A stretch of DNA of 64,000 nt from Desulfosudaceae bacterium. GTDB taxonomy: Bacteria; Desulfobacterota; Desulfobacteria; Desulfobacterales; Desulfosudaceae. The stretch spans positions 512,001-576,000 of the forward strand of contig CAXXDV010000003.1 in assembly GCA_963674745.2 (NCBI GenBank), given 5' to 3'. The number at the start of each line of letters is the position of its first letter. Within the stretch, counting starts at the first letter, position 1. The position numbers and the translations under genes were made by a program. Shown here in pieces: positions 40,027-50,395 of this stretch. Under the pieces are notes generated by a model, which saw nothing but the letters and a program-made list of their open reading frames with translations, made no database searches and was not told the origin of the DNA.

Positions 40027-41103
40027 ATGAAAATATTCATTATTGTCGGTACTCGACCAAACATTGTTAAGATAACCCGTTTTAAGCAGGCGGCTCTTGA
40101 ATTCAGAGATTTGAATATAGAAATCGTGCATACAGGTCAACACTATGATCGCATGATGATGGACGTTTTTTTTGTACAATTTGGGTTAAAACCTGACTTT
40201 CAGCTTACCCTGAGAGGCAACGATGTCGCGTCACAAATGGGTTATATGATGGCTGATCTGGCTGCGTTGCTGGCCACACACAAACCAGACCTCGTTATCG
40301 TGCCCGGGGATGTCAACTCCACTTTAGTCGCTGGTTTGACAGCGCATCGCTCCAATATCCCCGTCGCTCACCTGGAAGCGGGCCTTAGAAGCAATGACCG
40401 ACAGATGACGGAAGAGATCAACCGCATACTGGTGGATCAGATTGCGGATCTTCATTTTGTAACCGAACAAAGCGGTTTGGAGAATTTAAAACGTGAAGGG
40501 GTGTCGGACGAAAAGGTTCATTTTGTCGGTAATACCATGATTGATGCGCTGGTTGGTTTTCGGCGCCAGATTGAGGCGTCTCAGATTCTGGAAGAACTCA
40601 ACATAAAGCCGGGCGAATTCTTTCTCGCCACCATGCACCGTCCATCTAATGTGGATTACTCGGATGGATTATTGTTTCTCTATGATCTTCTGAAGCAGCT
40701 GTGCACATATAAACCGGTTGTGTTTCCTGTTCACCCGAGAACCCGCAAGCGTTTTGAGGATTTTGGATTGTTGGCTGAGCTTAATGCGATAAACGATCTG
40801 TTATTCATTGAACCTCAGGAATATTTCGCTTTCCAGAAACTAGTGGCTACTGCCGATGTTGTGATTACCGACAGCGGTGGCATCCAGGAGGAAACAACTT
40901 TTTACGGAATTCCGTGTGTAACGCTTCGGGATAACACCGAACGGCCGATAACCTGTACAAGTGGCACCAACAGACTGGTCCCACGTGATATGGATGAAAT
41001 ACAAAAAGCGATCTCTTTTCCCAAAACCGGGACAATACCGCCGCTTTGGGACGGTTACGCAACAGAGCGTGTTTTGAATGTAATTCGATCTTATTTTACC
41101 TGA
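40027..41103 (+). CDS. wecB: UDP-N-acetylglucosamine 2-epimerase (non-hydrolysing)
   Basis: GTRPNIVK, HTGQHYD, GDVNST, HLEAGLRS, TDSGGIQEE, TERP. Confidence 0.9.
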   Translation: MKIFIIVGTRPNIVKITRFKQAALEFRDLNIEIVHTGQHYDRMMMDVFFVQFGLKPDFQLTLRGNDVASQMGYMMADLAALLATHKPDLVIVPGDVNSTLVAGLTAHRSNIPVAHLEAGLRSNDRQMTEEINRILVDQIADLHFVTEQSGLENLKREGVSDEKVHFVGNTMIDALVGFRRQIEASQILEELNIKPGEFFLATMHRPSNVDYSDGLLFLYDLLKQLCTYKPVVFPVHPRTRKRFEDFGLLAELNAINDLLFIEPQEYFAFQKLVATADVVITDSGGIQEETTFYGIPCVTLRDNTERPITCTSGTNRLVPRDMDEIQKAISFPKTGTIPPLWDGYATERVLNVIRSYFT

Positions 41104-41109
41104 GTGCCA

Positions 41110-42477
41110 ATGCCTTCCTGTTTTAAAACCTACATTGCCCGGCGGCTAAAAGACTTTTCTCGTCATAAATATTTAAATAGGATAATTAAATACAGCTTAT
41201 ATATTGCGCTCTGGGGGCATGTAAAAAACGATATTCGAAACATTTCACGGTCGAGAAACAACTTTTTCATAAAGGGATTTGAACCCAGGCCCAGAGTGGC
41301 ATATCTACGTACGGAGTATTGGCTGGGGGGGCACAAGAGCGGCGGCGCTGCAGCGCATACCAAAGGCGTCGTCGAAGAATTCGCCCGGCGCGGGTTCGAG
41401 ATTATGATTTTATCAAGCTACCCGCTTGATTATATCAATAGTGCGTCGGTTCCAAATTATACGGTTGAGCCGGAATTGTTATCTTCTGCCTTCGGTGAAC
41501 TCAGAGAGTTGGAGTATAATAGACAATATATTACTAAGGCATATTCATATATAAAAAATTTCCAGCCTTCGTTCATTTATCACCGTTATGGTTTAAACAG
41601 TTATGCAGCCGCTTATTTGTCCAAAAGGTTAAATATCCCGATGATTTTGGAATATAATGGATCAGAAATCTGGATGTCAGAGAACTGGGGAAGCAGATTA
41701 CGCTTCAAGCGTATTGCAGAGGAAATCGAGAGTTTAAATTTTCATTCGGCAAGCCTTATTATCGGCAACGCTAAACCCTTAAAAGATGAACTGATCGGCC
41801 GGGGGGTGCAATCCCCGAAAATAGTCATTATCCCTAATGGTGTCAATCCAGATCGGTATTCACCATCCATCAATGGCGATAAAATCCGAAATCGTTTTAT
41901 GTTAAGCGCAGACACGATAGTCGTCGGATTTGTGGGCACTTTCGGTCCCTGGCACGGTGCTGAAGTCCTGGCCAGATCAATTAGAAAAGTTGTTAATGAA
42001 AATCCGGCGATTCATTTTCTGTATATCGGGACAGGAGCAACCATGCCTCTTGTAAAGCGTATAATCAAGGATGACAATATGAATCAATATGTCATCTTTA
42101 CCGGCGAGGTTCCGCAAGCGGAAACACCTGAGTTTCTGGCTGCTTGTGATATACTTGTCGCGCCTCAGATACCCAACCCGGACGGCACCCCTTTTTTTGG
42201 TTCTCCAACAAAATTATTTGAGTACATGGCCATGGGAAAGGCGATTGTGGCAAGTAATCTTGACCAGATTGGTGAAATACTGGTTGATGGAGAAACGGCG
42301 GTCCTTTTTACTCCAGGTGATCATAACACCTTAGCGGAAAAGATTTTAATGACAGGCGGGGATAAATCATTAAGAGAATATCTAGGGCATAACGCCAGAA
42401 AGGTGGTTGAAAAACAATATACGTGGGAGAAACATGTTGATAAATTATTGAACAGAAGCTTTATGGTGTCAAATTAA
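41110..42477 (+). CDS. Glycosyltransferase family 4
   Basis: EYNGSE, IPNGV, GFVGTFGPWHG, SPTKLFEYMAMGK. Confidence 0.9.
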   Translation: MPSCFKTYIARRLKDFSRHKYLNRIIKYSLYIALWGHVKNDIRNISRSRNNFFIKGFEPRPRVAYLRTEYWLGGHKSGGAAAHTKGVVEEFARRGFEIMILSSYPLDYINSASVPNYTVEPELLSSAFGELRELEYNRQYITKAYSYIKNFQPSFIYHRYGLNSYAAAYLSKRLNIPMILEYNGSEIWMSENWGSRLRFKRIAEEIESLNFHSASLIIGNAKPLKDELIGRGVQSPKIVIIPNGVNPDRYSPSINGDKIRNRFMLSADTIVVGFVGTFGPWHGAEVLARSIRKVVNENPAIHFLYIGTGATMPLVKRIIKDDNMNQYVIFTGEVPQAETPEFLAACDILVAPQIPNPDGTPFFGSPTKLFEYMAMGKAIVASNLDQIGEILVDGETAVLFTPGDHNTLAEKILMTGGDKSLREYLGHNARKVVEKQYTWEKHVDKLLNRSFMVSN

Positions 42478-42625
42478 AGCGAGTAAATGTTCTCAGGGGG
42501 TGAGGGATATTTATTCTGACGCTTGGCGACTTCTATACATGTTATGATGGATGGCTTTGTTTGTCGCGTTATTATTATCGCATATCGAGTGAACTTATGG
42601 TCAAAGATAATCCGGAAAAGAAGTT

Positions 42626-43693
42626 TTGAAAATAGCCTATTTCTCCAGACCCTATAGAATATCACGAACAGAGGGCGGTTATATTCATATTAAACATTTC
42701 CTTGATTTAGTAAGTGCGGCCGGTCATGAAATATGGGTTTCCATGCCCGACGAGCATCCGACCACCAGAACCTTGCCGATGGGGCTGTTTTCAAGAGTAG
42801 CCGCATTAAGGTCCATGGATGTGATTTACTGCCGTATCGAATGGCAGCCGCGCACCCAATGCCGATTTGCAGTAAAGCCCTATCGTTTCATCGCCGGCCG
42901 GGCAAAACATGTTTGGGAATTTAACACGGTTCCGGACTTCGGTCTGCATCTTGGGGCTTCCCAAAAGGAAGTGGATCAATCCATTGCTACCCTTCGCCGG
43001 TTTGGATCTGGCTGTGATCTTGCGATTTGTGTTTCCGAAGCAATTGAAGACTATGTGAAAAAACATTTCAGGATTTTCAATACAATCGTGGTTCCGAACG
43101 GTTCTGATCCGGATATTTTTCACCCGGAGTCGCCGCCGGCCCCCTGTCTTGAAAAATTTAAAGATAAATTTAATATCGTATGGATGGGATCTGCCGATAT
43201 CCCCTGGCATGATATCGAAAGAATTATCGACGCGGCCAGGCAGTTAGTCCATGCGGACAATATCCATTTTCACCTGGTCGGCACAGGGACCGATCAGTAT
43301 GATGGCGCAACGCCGCAGGTGCATGGGTATGGGGCTGTTGCATATGACGATCTTCCAGGATGGCTTTCCATCATGCATGTTGGGTTGGTATTTTATAAGC
43401 CAGGGGCTGCAGACTACGGTTCCCCGCTGAAATTTTTTGATTTTCTTGCCGCAGGCCTGTCCGTTCTTACCGATCAGCCTCAGGCCAGCGCGTTTCTCAG
43501 CGCAATGGGACTGGCGGAAATGGTCCTGACGGATCAGCGGCCTGAGGCGCTTGCCCGCAAATTACATGATTTGTCTTTGCAAATCGCGTTTGTTCGAGAG
43601 ACGGGGAACAAGGGCCGGGAAACATTGATCCGGAAATACACGTGGAAAAGCGCCATGCGCAAGATTTTATTGCGAATTGACCAGTTGCTGTAA
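42626..43693 (+). CDS. Glycosyltransferase family 4
   Basis: VPNGSD, SPLKFFDFLAAG, YTW; TTG start. Confidence 0.85.
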   Translation: MKIAYFSRPYRISRTEGGYIHIKHFLDLVSAAGHEIWVSMPDEHPTTRTLPMGLFSRVAALRSMDVIYCRIEWQPRTQCRFAVKPYRFIAGRAKHVWEFNTVPDFGLHLGASQKEVDQSIATLRRFGSGCDLAICVSEAIEDYVKKHFRIFNTIVVPNGSDPDIFHPESPPAPCLEKFKDKFNIVWMGSADIPWHDIERIIDAARQLVHADNIHFHLVGTGTDQYDGATPQVHGYGAVAYDDLPGWLSIMHVGLVFYKPGAADYGSPLKFFDFLAAGLSVLTDQPQASAFLSAMGLAEMVLTDQRPEALARKLHDLSLQIAFVRETGNKGRETLIRKYTWKSAMRKILLRIDQLL

Positions 43694-43704
43694 AGGGTTC
43701 GTAA

Positions 43705-44401
43705 ATGATCATTCTCTCTTCCAGCCTCCCTAAATCCGCCAGCACGATTTTTGCCACCTATCTTGAAGAACTGGTTGCAATTCCCGGCTGGAGGAATGGG
43801 CAGAACGCCTTAAAAGACCGGGTGGGCGCCAGGTATGTTGATAGAATTCATCTGGTATTGGGACTGCGGCTTGCGCTGATTTCCAATATATACGGCACCG
43901 TGGTTTTGAAAAGCCATTGTGCGCCGAATCGAACTGTCCGGTGGCTGATCAATGCAAAGCAACTCAAGGCCCTCTATATTTATCGGGATCCCCGGGACGT
44001 GGTACTGTCTGCCATGGATCATCGGAAACACAGAGGAGGGGGTGAGAGTGGTTTCTCAAAATTTACGGATTTGGAAACAGGTTGCGACGGTGTTCTGGGG
44101 TGGGCCAAAGTATGGCGGGAATGGAAAAATTGGGGCAGGGTTGAATTTTTTCTGTATGAAGATTTGATAACGGACCCGCAATCTGTTTTAAGACGCGTTT
44201 CAACCTGCCTGGGTCTTGGGGTGAATGATACGCAAATCAGCAAAATCATCATGAAGCATGAAAAAAAATAAAAAAAACAGTCTCAACTTTAACAAGGGAA
44301 CATTATCCCGCTACAGGGAAGAATGCAGTTCGGAAGAACAGGCATTGTTAAACGACAGACTGGGGCGGCTGGCAGAGGAAATGGGTTATTCTTGTTTTTG
44401 A
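43705..44401 (+). pseudogene. Sulfotransferase, frameshifted in an A8-T-A8 tract
   Basis: SLPKSAST, YRDPRDVVLS, YEDL; stop at 44271, but the C-terminal motif NFNKG..SRYREE...EEQ...EMGY continues in the shifted frame to TGA at 44401. Confidence 0.85.
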
Positions 44402-44419
44402 AAAACGTTAGGCGATGTT

Positions 44420-45367
44420 ATGAAAGAAAACATTACCCCTCGAAAGTTTGAAGATTTGCCCCTGCCGCCAAATGGAAAAACCGGCTGGCCTTGGACGGGC
44501 GGGGCCGGATATCAATCCGAATCCGAATCCGCCACTCTTCCGGCCATTTCCATTGTGACACCAAATTTTAATGGCGGAGAGTTTCTGGAAGCAACGATCC
44601 GGTCTGTTTTGCTTCAGGGTTATCCGCATTTGGAATATATCATTGTGGACGGGGGCAGCACCGATGGCAGCCTCGAGATCATACACCGTTATGAACCGTG
44701 GCTGTCCGGCTGGCTCAGCGAACCGGATACTGGCATGTATGATGCCGTCAACAAGGGATTTGATCATACTTCCGGTGGAATCATGGCATGGCTCAACTCA
44801 GATGATATGTATGTGCCCAACAGCCTGCGTCAGGTAGGTGCCTGTTTTGGGCAATGCGGGCCGGATGTGAAATGGCTTAAGGGAATGAGCGGGGTGTGGA
44901 ATATCCGAGGTGATTTTTGCTGGATCAGTGATCTCAAACGATTTCATCAGGGGTTGATCCAACGGGGCTGCTATGAGGGCCGCGGCTTGGGATGGATTCA
45001 GCAGGAAAGTGTTTTCTGGCGGCGCGGGTTATGGGAAAAAGCAGGTGGCTATATATCAGATGAATACCGCTTGGCCGGGGATTTTGAATTGTGGACCCGC
45101 TTTGCCCGATATGCGGAATTGTACAGCGTGCGCAATGTGTTCAGCGGCATCCGCCGTCATCCGGATCAGCGTTCCGCGGCCATGGAAGATTATAGAAAAG
45201 AGGTGGATGAATGCCTCCTTGGGATGCCGGATCGCGGCCGCATTGCCCGTCTGTGCCGCCGACCGGTGGCCAGAAAAATATTCCAATTTACCGCAAAACG
45301 CCTGTTCAAAGCCCCCATAATTGAATATGATCCTCTGGCGCTTTGCTGGAAGGCTTACCGGCTGTAA
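44420..45367 (+). CDS. Glycosyltransferase family 2
   Basis: GWPW, ISIVTP, VDGGSTD, WLNSDD, DFELW. Confidence 0.92.
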   Translation: MKENITPRKFEDLPLPPNGKTGWPWTGGAGYQSESESATLPAISIVTPNFNGGEFLEATIRSVLLQGYPHLEYIIVDGGSTDGSLEIIHRYEPWLSGWLSEPDTGMYDAVNKGFDHTSGGIMAWLNSDDMYVPNSLRQVGACFGQCGPDVKWLKGMSGVWNIRGDFCWISDLKRFHQGLIQRGCYEGRGLGWIQQESVFWRRGLWEKAGGYISDEYRLAGDFELWTRFARYAELYSVRNVFSGIRRHPDQRSAAMEDYRKEVDECLLGMPDRGRIARLCRRPVARKIFQFTAKRLFKAPIIEYDPLALCWKAYRL

Positions 45368-45392
45368 CCCATAAATTTTAATTAGCAGTTGC

Positions 45393-46253
45393 ATGGAAAA
45401 ACAGTTTTTAAAAAACAATACCCCCAACCAATTTCCTCCCGGAGGATCTTCTCTGGGAACAAAGGATTTCGGCGTCCTGTATGTGATTGACGACAATCCC
45501 GGCTATGAAAAAATGCTGGAAGTGAGTATTCAGTCTCTGGATGATTTTCATCCGGACTGGCCGCGACAGGTGGTCCGCATTCCGCTTCCCAGAGAACCCT
45601 TTCGGGATCGTCTACGCCGAATGGGCCCGATCTGGAAATGGCGGCAGCGATATAACCGCCTGGGGCAGGACAAGCGCTTTTACAGAGCCAAAGCAATGGC
45701 GGCCATCAACAGTCCATTTGAAAACACCCTGTTTCTGGATGTGGATACGGTGATTCGCAAGCCCCTGGATACCATGCGTAAAAAAGCATTACAGTGTGAT
45801 GCGCTTTTTACAGGGCTGCCCTGGAAACATTATCCGCCGATTGAAGCGGACCTGCCCCGGGAGATCCCTTACGTGATGTCCGGGGTATTTTTTTATAATC
45901 AGCAATATGCCGGCCTGTGCCGGCCTTATTTGGAACGGTTTGCCCACCGGCTGCATGAGCAGGTCAATGGGGTGACCATCGGGGACCAGTTTGTCTTCAG
46001 CCTGGTTTGCACCATGGAATCACGCCGCCTGAACATTCAGTTTGATCCGCACCTGCAGGTCGATGTGGTGAATGCCAGGCAGCACCTTGGGGCCAACGAC
46101 CTGAAGATGATCGGAAAATGCCTGGATCTCTCATGGGAGGCCATTGATCGGTTTTTTGTGTTTCATTACAACGAATACAAACCCCAGTATCTTCAGCAAA
46201 TAAAAAAACACTGGGGTTATCCGCAAAATCATGTCAAAGGGGACGAAAATTGA
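45393..46253 (+). CDS. GT-A fold nucleotide-sugar transferase (GT8-like)
   Basis: SPFENTLFLDVDT DxD motif, SGVFFY, GDQ, FHY. Confidence 0.7.
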   Translation: MEKQFLKNNTPNQFPPGGSSLGTKDFGVLYVIDDNPGYEKMLEVSIQSLDDFHPDWPRQVVRIPLPREPFRDRLRRMGPIWKWRQRYNRLGQDKRFYRAKAMAAINSPFENTLFLDVDTVIRKPLDTMRKKALQCDALFTGLPWKHYPPIEADLPREIPYVMSGVFFYNQQYAGLCRPYLERFAHRLHEQVNGVTIGDQFVFSLVCTMESRRLNIQFDPHLQVDVVNARQHLGANDLKMIGKCLDLSWEAIDRFFVFHYNEYKPQYLQQIKKHWGYPQNHVKGDEN

Positions 46254-47284
46254 AAGTGCCGAATCAATGGACGGATTTTCCGGCAGCCCCGCAAGGTTTT
46301 AAGGGATGGCCCTGGGAGCCGGTCGGAACAGTCGGACAGGGCTTTATAAATGGCTTGGAAAAATGGCCTGAAATTACCATTGTCACCCCCAGTTACAACC
46401 AGGGCCGGTTTCTGGAAGCCACCATCCGATCAGTGCTGCTTCAGGGGTATCCGAATCTGGAATACATCATTATTGACGGCGGCTCTTCGGATGATTCCGT
46501 GGAAATTATTAAAAAATATGAAAACTGGATAGATTTCTGGGTTTCAGAGCCGGACCAGGGACAATCTCATGCAATCAACAAGGGATTTGAAAGAGCAACC
46601 GGGCAGATTCTGGCATGGCTGAACTCCGATGACATGTACTCACCTGACGCATTGTGGTGTGTCGGCGAGATATTTAACAGCCGGAAAGGCGATGTGGTTA
46701 GTGGCCATGCTGTTTTTGTGGATGAGAATGGCGCCCGGGAAGGCCGCTATGACGCCTCGCCGGTAAATGTGGATCGATTGCTGGACGTCAGGGGAGGATT
46801 CTCCGCGCCTCAGCAGAGTACATTCTGGAGCCGGCTGTGTTGGGAAAGAAACGGACCGCTTTCAGAAGACCTGCATTATGTCATGGATTACGATTACTGG
46901 ATTCGAATGGCGGCTTCCGGAGAGGAATGGATCATTCTCGATAAGGACCTGTCTTTTTTCCGGCACCATGGTGCTCAAAAGACAGCAGACTTGTCAATGA
47001 ATGCGCAAATGCTTCAGGAGCGGCGGCGAGTGCTGGAACGGTTTCTCTCATCCAACCTGTGTACAAGGTCTCTTTTTAAGACCACGGTCCGAGGTTTACG
47101 TGAAAACCGGGTTAAAGAAGTCAGGGTGCGTTATATTCACAATCAGATTCAATCGCCTTTCTGGATATACTGGATAAAAGCGGCGTTCCATAATCCCGGC
47201 TGTTTATTCGTTCCAGCCTTCTATGGTTTATTGCTTCGGGGCGGATCCGTCAAGCATGTCTCAAAAACAAAAAACAGCGCCTGA
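46250..47284 (+). CDS. Glycosyltransferase family 2
   Basis: GWPW, IVTPSYNQG, DGGSSD, WLNSDD, MDYDYW. Confidence 0.92.
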   Translation: MKVPNQWTDFPAAPQGFKGWPWEPVGTVGQGFINGLEKWPEITIVTPSYNQGRFLEATIRSVLLQGYPNLEYIIIDGGSSDDSVEIIKKYENWIDFWVSEPDQGQSHAINKGFERATGQILAWLNSDDMYSPDALWCVGEIFNSRKGDVVSGHAVFVDENGAREGRYDASPVNVDRLLDVRGGFSAPQQSTFWSRLCWERNGPLSEDLHYVMDYDYWIRMAASGEEWIILDKDLSFFRHHGAQKTADLSMNAQMLQERRRVLERFLSSNLCTRSLFKTTVRGLRENRVKEVRVRYIHNQIQSPFWIYWIKAAFHNPGCLFVPAFYGLLLRGGSVKHVSKTKNSA

Positions 47285-48533
47285 TTCAATACGAATGGCT
47301 GTTGCGGATGACTTGCCCGCCATTTTAAAGGGGTGGCGGTCAGCATATAAAGATAGTTTTGATTACAAATATCCGCAACGGTGGCAATGGATGTTTGAGG
47401 CAAATCCATTTTCTCATAGTGCTGAAAAAAATCGGTTGCCAATGGCGGTCGGAACGGTGAACGACTCGATTGCCGCCTGGGCCTGCGCCATGGAAACCCC
47501 GGTCTTCCTGGAAAATAAGATCGTTCCGGCGGCGTTCAGCTGCAATACGTTCACGCTCCCCAAATACAGACGCCTTGGACTTGGTTTCCGCGTTCAGGCA
47601 CTGATTGCCGAAGATTATCCGATTTTCTGGAGCATCAGTATGTCTGCGGGAAACCGGCGCAACAAGCTCCGGGCGGGCGGTGTCCCTGGAAAGCCTCTCT
47701 ATATCTGCTGTCGTCGTTTTAGTGCCCTTGACGATGATGCGTTGATGCGGTCTTTTGAATCAGCACTGAGCCGCAGAAAAAAATATGTGCAAAGAATCGC
47801 TGGACTGGTCACGCAAACAGGAATGACCAGCTTGATGATGCGACTGTTGTCGCGTATCGTCCTTCCCGTTTCACCGGTTAAAAAAATGACGGCAGATAAT
47901 GCCGGTTGTTTACCGGATATCCGTCAAATATCGTCTTTTAATGATGAGTGGGACAACTTGTGGGAAAATGAAATCCGTCCCGCCTATGATTTCGGAGTAG
48001 ACCGGTCAGCTGAATATATGAACTGGAAATATGTACAACAGCCCCACGTATCCTTTCAAAAGTACGGTATCATGGACGGCAACAGGCTCGCTGGCGCCAT
48101 TGTTTATCGGCTGGCAAAGCGCCCTGAAATACCGGTCGGTATTGTAACAGAATTTCTTGTTTCTTCTAAATATGGGGCGGATCGCTTCCCGTTATTCATT
48201 CGACGTGTTACCGGGGATCTGTATAACCAGGGTGCCTTGGCTGCATATTGGAGTACCAGTGATCCGGTTCAAGTTGCGGCTTTAAAAAAAGAGGGCTATC
48301 GCCTTATTCGGATTAACGTGCCGATACGTCAAATGCAGAATGATCTTAAAGTCAAATGGAAAGTGTCGGCGGGAAAGCCCCATGCCAAGTGGCTGCTGAG
48401 CCTGGGGGATCAGGACCAGGATCAGTTTATGTTGAGGCAACAACCGTCATTTTTAACCTTGTTGGGGTTACTGCTGGGAAACGTTCCCGGCTCGGAAGAT
48501 TTAAATGAAATTCAGCACTTTTCTGAAATCTAA
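47256..48533 (+). CDS. GNAT-family N-acyltransferase-like protein
   Basis: WQWMFEANP, PKYRRLGLG acetyl-CoA loop, RSAEYMNWKY..P, terminal GDQD. Confidence 0.65.
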   Translation: MSQKQKTAPDSIRMAVADDLPAILKGWRSAYKDSFDYKYPQRWQWMFEANPFSHSAEKNRLPMAVGTVNDSIAAWACAMETPVFLENKIVPAAFSCNTFTLPKYRRLGLGFRVQALIAEDYPIFWSISMSAGNRRNKLRAGGVPGKPLYICCRRFSALDDDALMRSFESALSRRKKYVQRIAGLVTQTGMTSLMMRLLSRIVLPVSPVKKMTADNAGCLPDIRQISSFNDEWDNLWENEIRPAYDFGVDRSAEYMNWKYVQQPHVSFQKYGIMDGNRLAGAIVYRLAKRPEIPVGIVTEFLVSSKYGADRFPLFIRRVTGDLYNQGALAAYWSTSDPVQVAALKKEGYRLIRINVPIRQMQNDLKVKWKVSAGKPHAKWLLSLGDQDQDQFMLRQQPSFLTLLGLLLGNVPGSEDLNEIQHFSEI

Positions 48534-48542
48534 CAAAAAAAT

Positions 48543-49298
48543 ATGAACGGCAGTTATTTGGATGTTGAGATCAGCGCGGATGATTTCGGCAGATCTGCGG
48601 AAGCCAACGCAGGTATCTTGATGGCATTTGAGCAGGGCCTTGTCTCCTCTGCCTCCATCATGTCAAATATGCCGGAATTTAAAGAAGCCTGTTCCTTACT
48701 CTCCAGTAATCAGCAGATCACAAATATCGGCATACACCTGAACATAACCGAAGGAGAACCTTTGACGGAAGCGATCAGGCAATTTTCTGTTTTTTGTGAT
48801 AAACATGGACGTTTTATGGCGACTAAATTAAAAGCGTTTAGGCCTTTCCGGCAAGTTGAGAAAAAAGAACTCTGGAATGAACTCGACGCGCAAATCAGGC
48901 AATGCCATGATGTTGGTATATATCCGCACCGGATAGACTCTCATATGCATCGTCACACGAACTGGCTGGTAGGCAAAATGGTTATTCAGTTGGCCAAAAA
49001 ACATCATATACCCGCTGTTCGATTAGCCGGCAACTGCCGTCGGCAGAATTTTGGCAAACAGCTGTTTACCCGGGCCTATAATTATCGTTTACGTTTGCAC
49101 GGACTGGCGGGACATGACTATTTCGGAGCGGTCGACGATTTATGCCGGTGCCGGGATCGATTGCAGGGCAAAATAGAAGTTATGGTGCACCCCGTGCTTG
49201 ATGCCGATGGTGTCCTGCGCGATGCGGAGAGCATGCGCCCGTTATCGGACCATCTAAGCTGGTTTTTGAATCATCAGAGAAAACCGTATGAACAATAG
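48543..49298 (+). CDS. YdjC/ChbG family carbohydrate deacetylase
   Basis: ADDFG, GIHLNITEG, IDSHMH.H, EVMVHP. Confidence 0.9.
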   Translation: MNGSYLDVEISADDFGRSAEANAGILMAFEQGLVSSASIMSNMPEFKEACSLLSSNQQITNIGIHLNITEGEPLTEAIRQFSVFCDKHGRFMATKLKAFRPFRQVEKKELWNELDAQIRQCHDVGIYPHRIDSHMHRHTNWLVGKMVIQLAKKHHIPAVRLAGNCRRQNFGKQLFTRAYNYRLRLHGLAGHDYFGAVDDLCRCRDRLQGKIEVMVHPVLDADGVLRDAESMRPLSDHLSWFLNHQRKPYEQ

Positions 49299-50286
49299 AA
49301 TCGGCCATGTGTCGGTAATAATACCGGCATATAACACGGAAAATTCCTTGAACCAGTGCCTGGAAAGCGTGTTCAGCCAGACCTTTCTACCCAGGGAAGT
49401 CATTGTTATTAATGATGGTTCTGAAGATGATACAGCGAAAATCGCCCATGAATACGGTGACAGGATTGTGTACCTGTACCAGGAAAATTCAGGCCAGGGT
49501 GCCGCCAGGAATACCGGGTTGACGGTTGCCACAGGAGATTACATCGCTTTTCTGGATGCCGATGACTACTGGAAGCCTGATTTTTTAAAGCGATGTGTCG
49601 AATTTTTGGATAAATATCCGGATGCCGTTGCTGTTAATACCGGCCTGATTACCCGGATGCATGACGGGCGGGAGGTTGTTCAGCCGGAACTGTTGACCCG
49701 GTCGGATGCCCCCCGGGAGGCATTTATCATAGAGGACTTTTTTTCTTTTTGGGCGCAGAATGACCATGTCCGGACGGGTTCAGCGGTAATCCGAAAAAAC
49801 GTCATTGATCAGGCCGGTGGCCAACGGGCAGATCTGCGTGTCAGCCAGGACCTGGAATACTGGGGTTATATCGCTACGTTTGGAAAATGGGGTTACATTC
49901 CCGAGCCACTATGGGTCGGTAATTCGCGGGCGGCTGCACGGGCGCCGGGTTGGCTGAGGCGATATCAGGTGCGGCGTCAGCTGTGTCCGACCGTTGAAGG
50001 CTGGCAGGAAAGGATTCTGCCAAAGCTTACGTCTCGAGATGTCCTATACTTTAAAATTGTCAGAGGCAGGGTCGCTGCCGGCTATGCTCAGAATCATATT
50101 TTAGTTAAGAATTTCACCAAGGCACGGCACATTGTTCAAACCTTTACAGAGGATTTGCCGCATAATCGATTAACGCGGTTGTTGACTGCGGGCGACAGGT
50201 CTGGCGGTCTCGGGTGGTGGCTTGCGTGCCAGGTGGTAAGGGCTCGTGAGTATGCTAAGTCAATGATGCTTCATCTAAGATACTAG
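49288..50286 (+). CDS. Glycosyltransferase family 2
   Basis: VIIPAYN, NDGSED, AARNTG, FLDADD. Confidence 0.92.
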   Translation: MNNRIGHVSVIIPAYNTENSLNQCLESVFSQTFLPREVIVINDGSEDDTAKIAHEYGDRIVYLYQENSGQGAARNTGLTVATGDYIAFLDADDYWKPDFLKRCVEFLDKYPDAVAVNTGLITRMHDGREVVQPELLTRSDAPREAFIIEDFFSFWAQNDHVRTGSAVIRKNVIDQAGGQRADLRVSQDLEYWGYIATFGKWGYIPEPLWVGNSRAAARAPGWLRRYQVRRQLCPTVEGWQERILPKLTSRDVLYFKIVRGRVAAGYAQNHILVKNFTKARHIVQTFTEDLPHNRLTRLLTAGDRSGGLGWWLACQVVRAREYAKSMMLHLRY

Positions 50287-50395
50287 CGATGCAATGCGGC
50301 ATTACCATTATTTCTGATCTGGGTCGTGATGAATCAGTACAAATCATATCGATTCTCAACCAATCCTGATTCGGGATCGGCATACGCATAAAACA

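Noticed and set aside
42478..42625. Possible gene remnant before the GT4 at 42626
   Set aside because: Only a ~40-codon open stretch with no start or recognisable motif.
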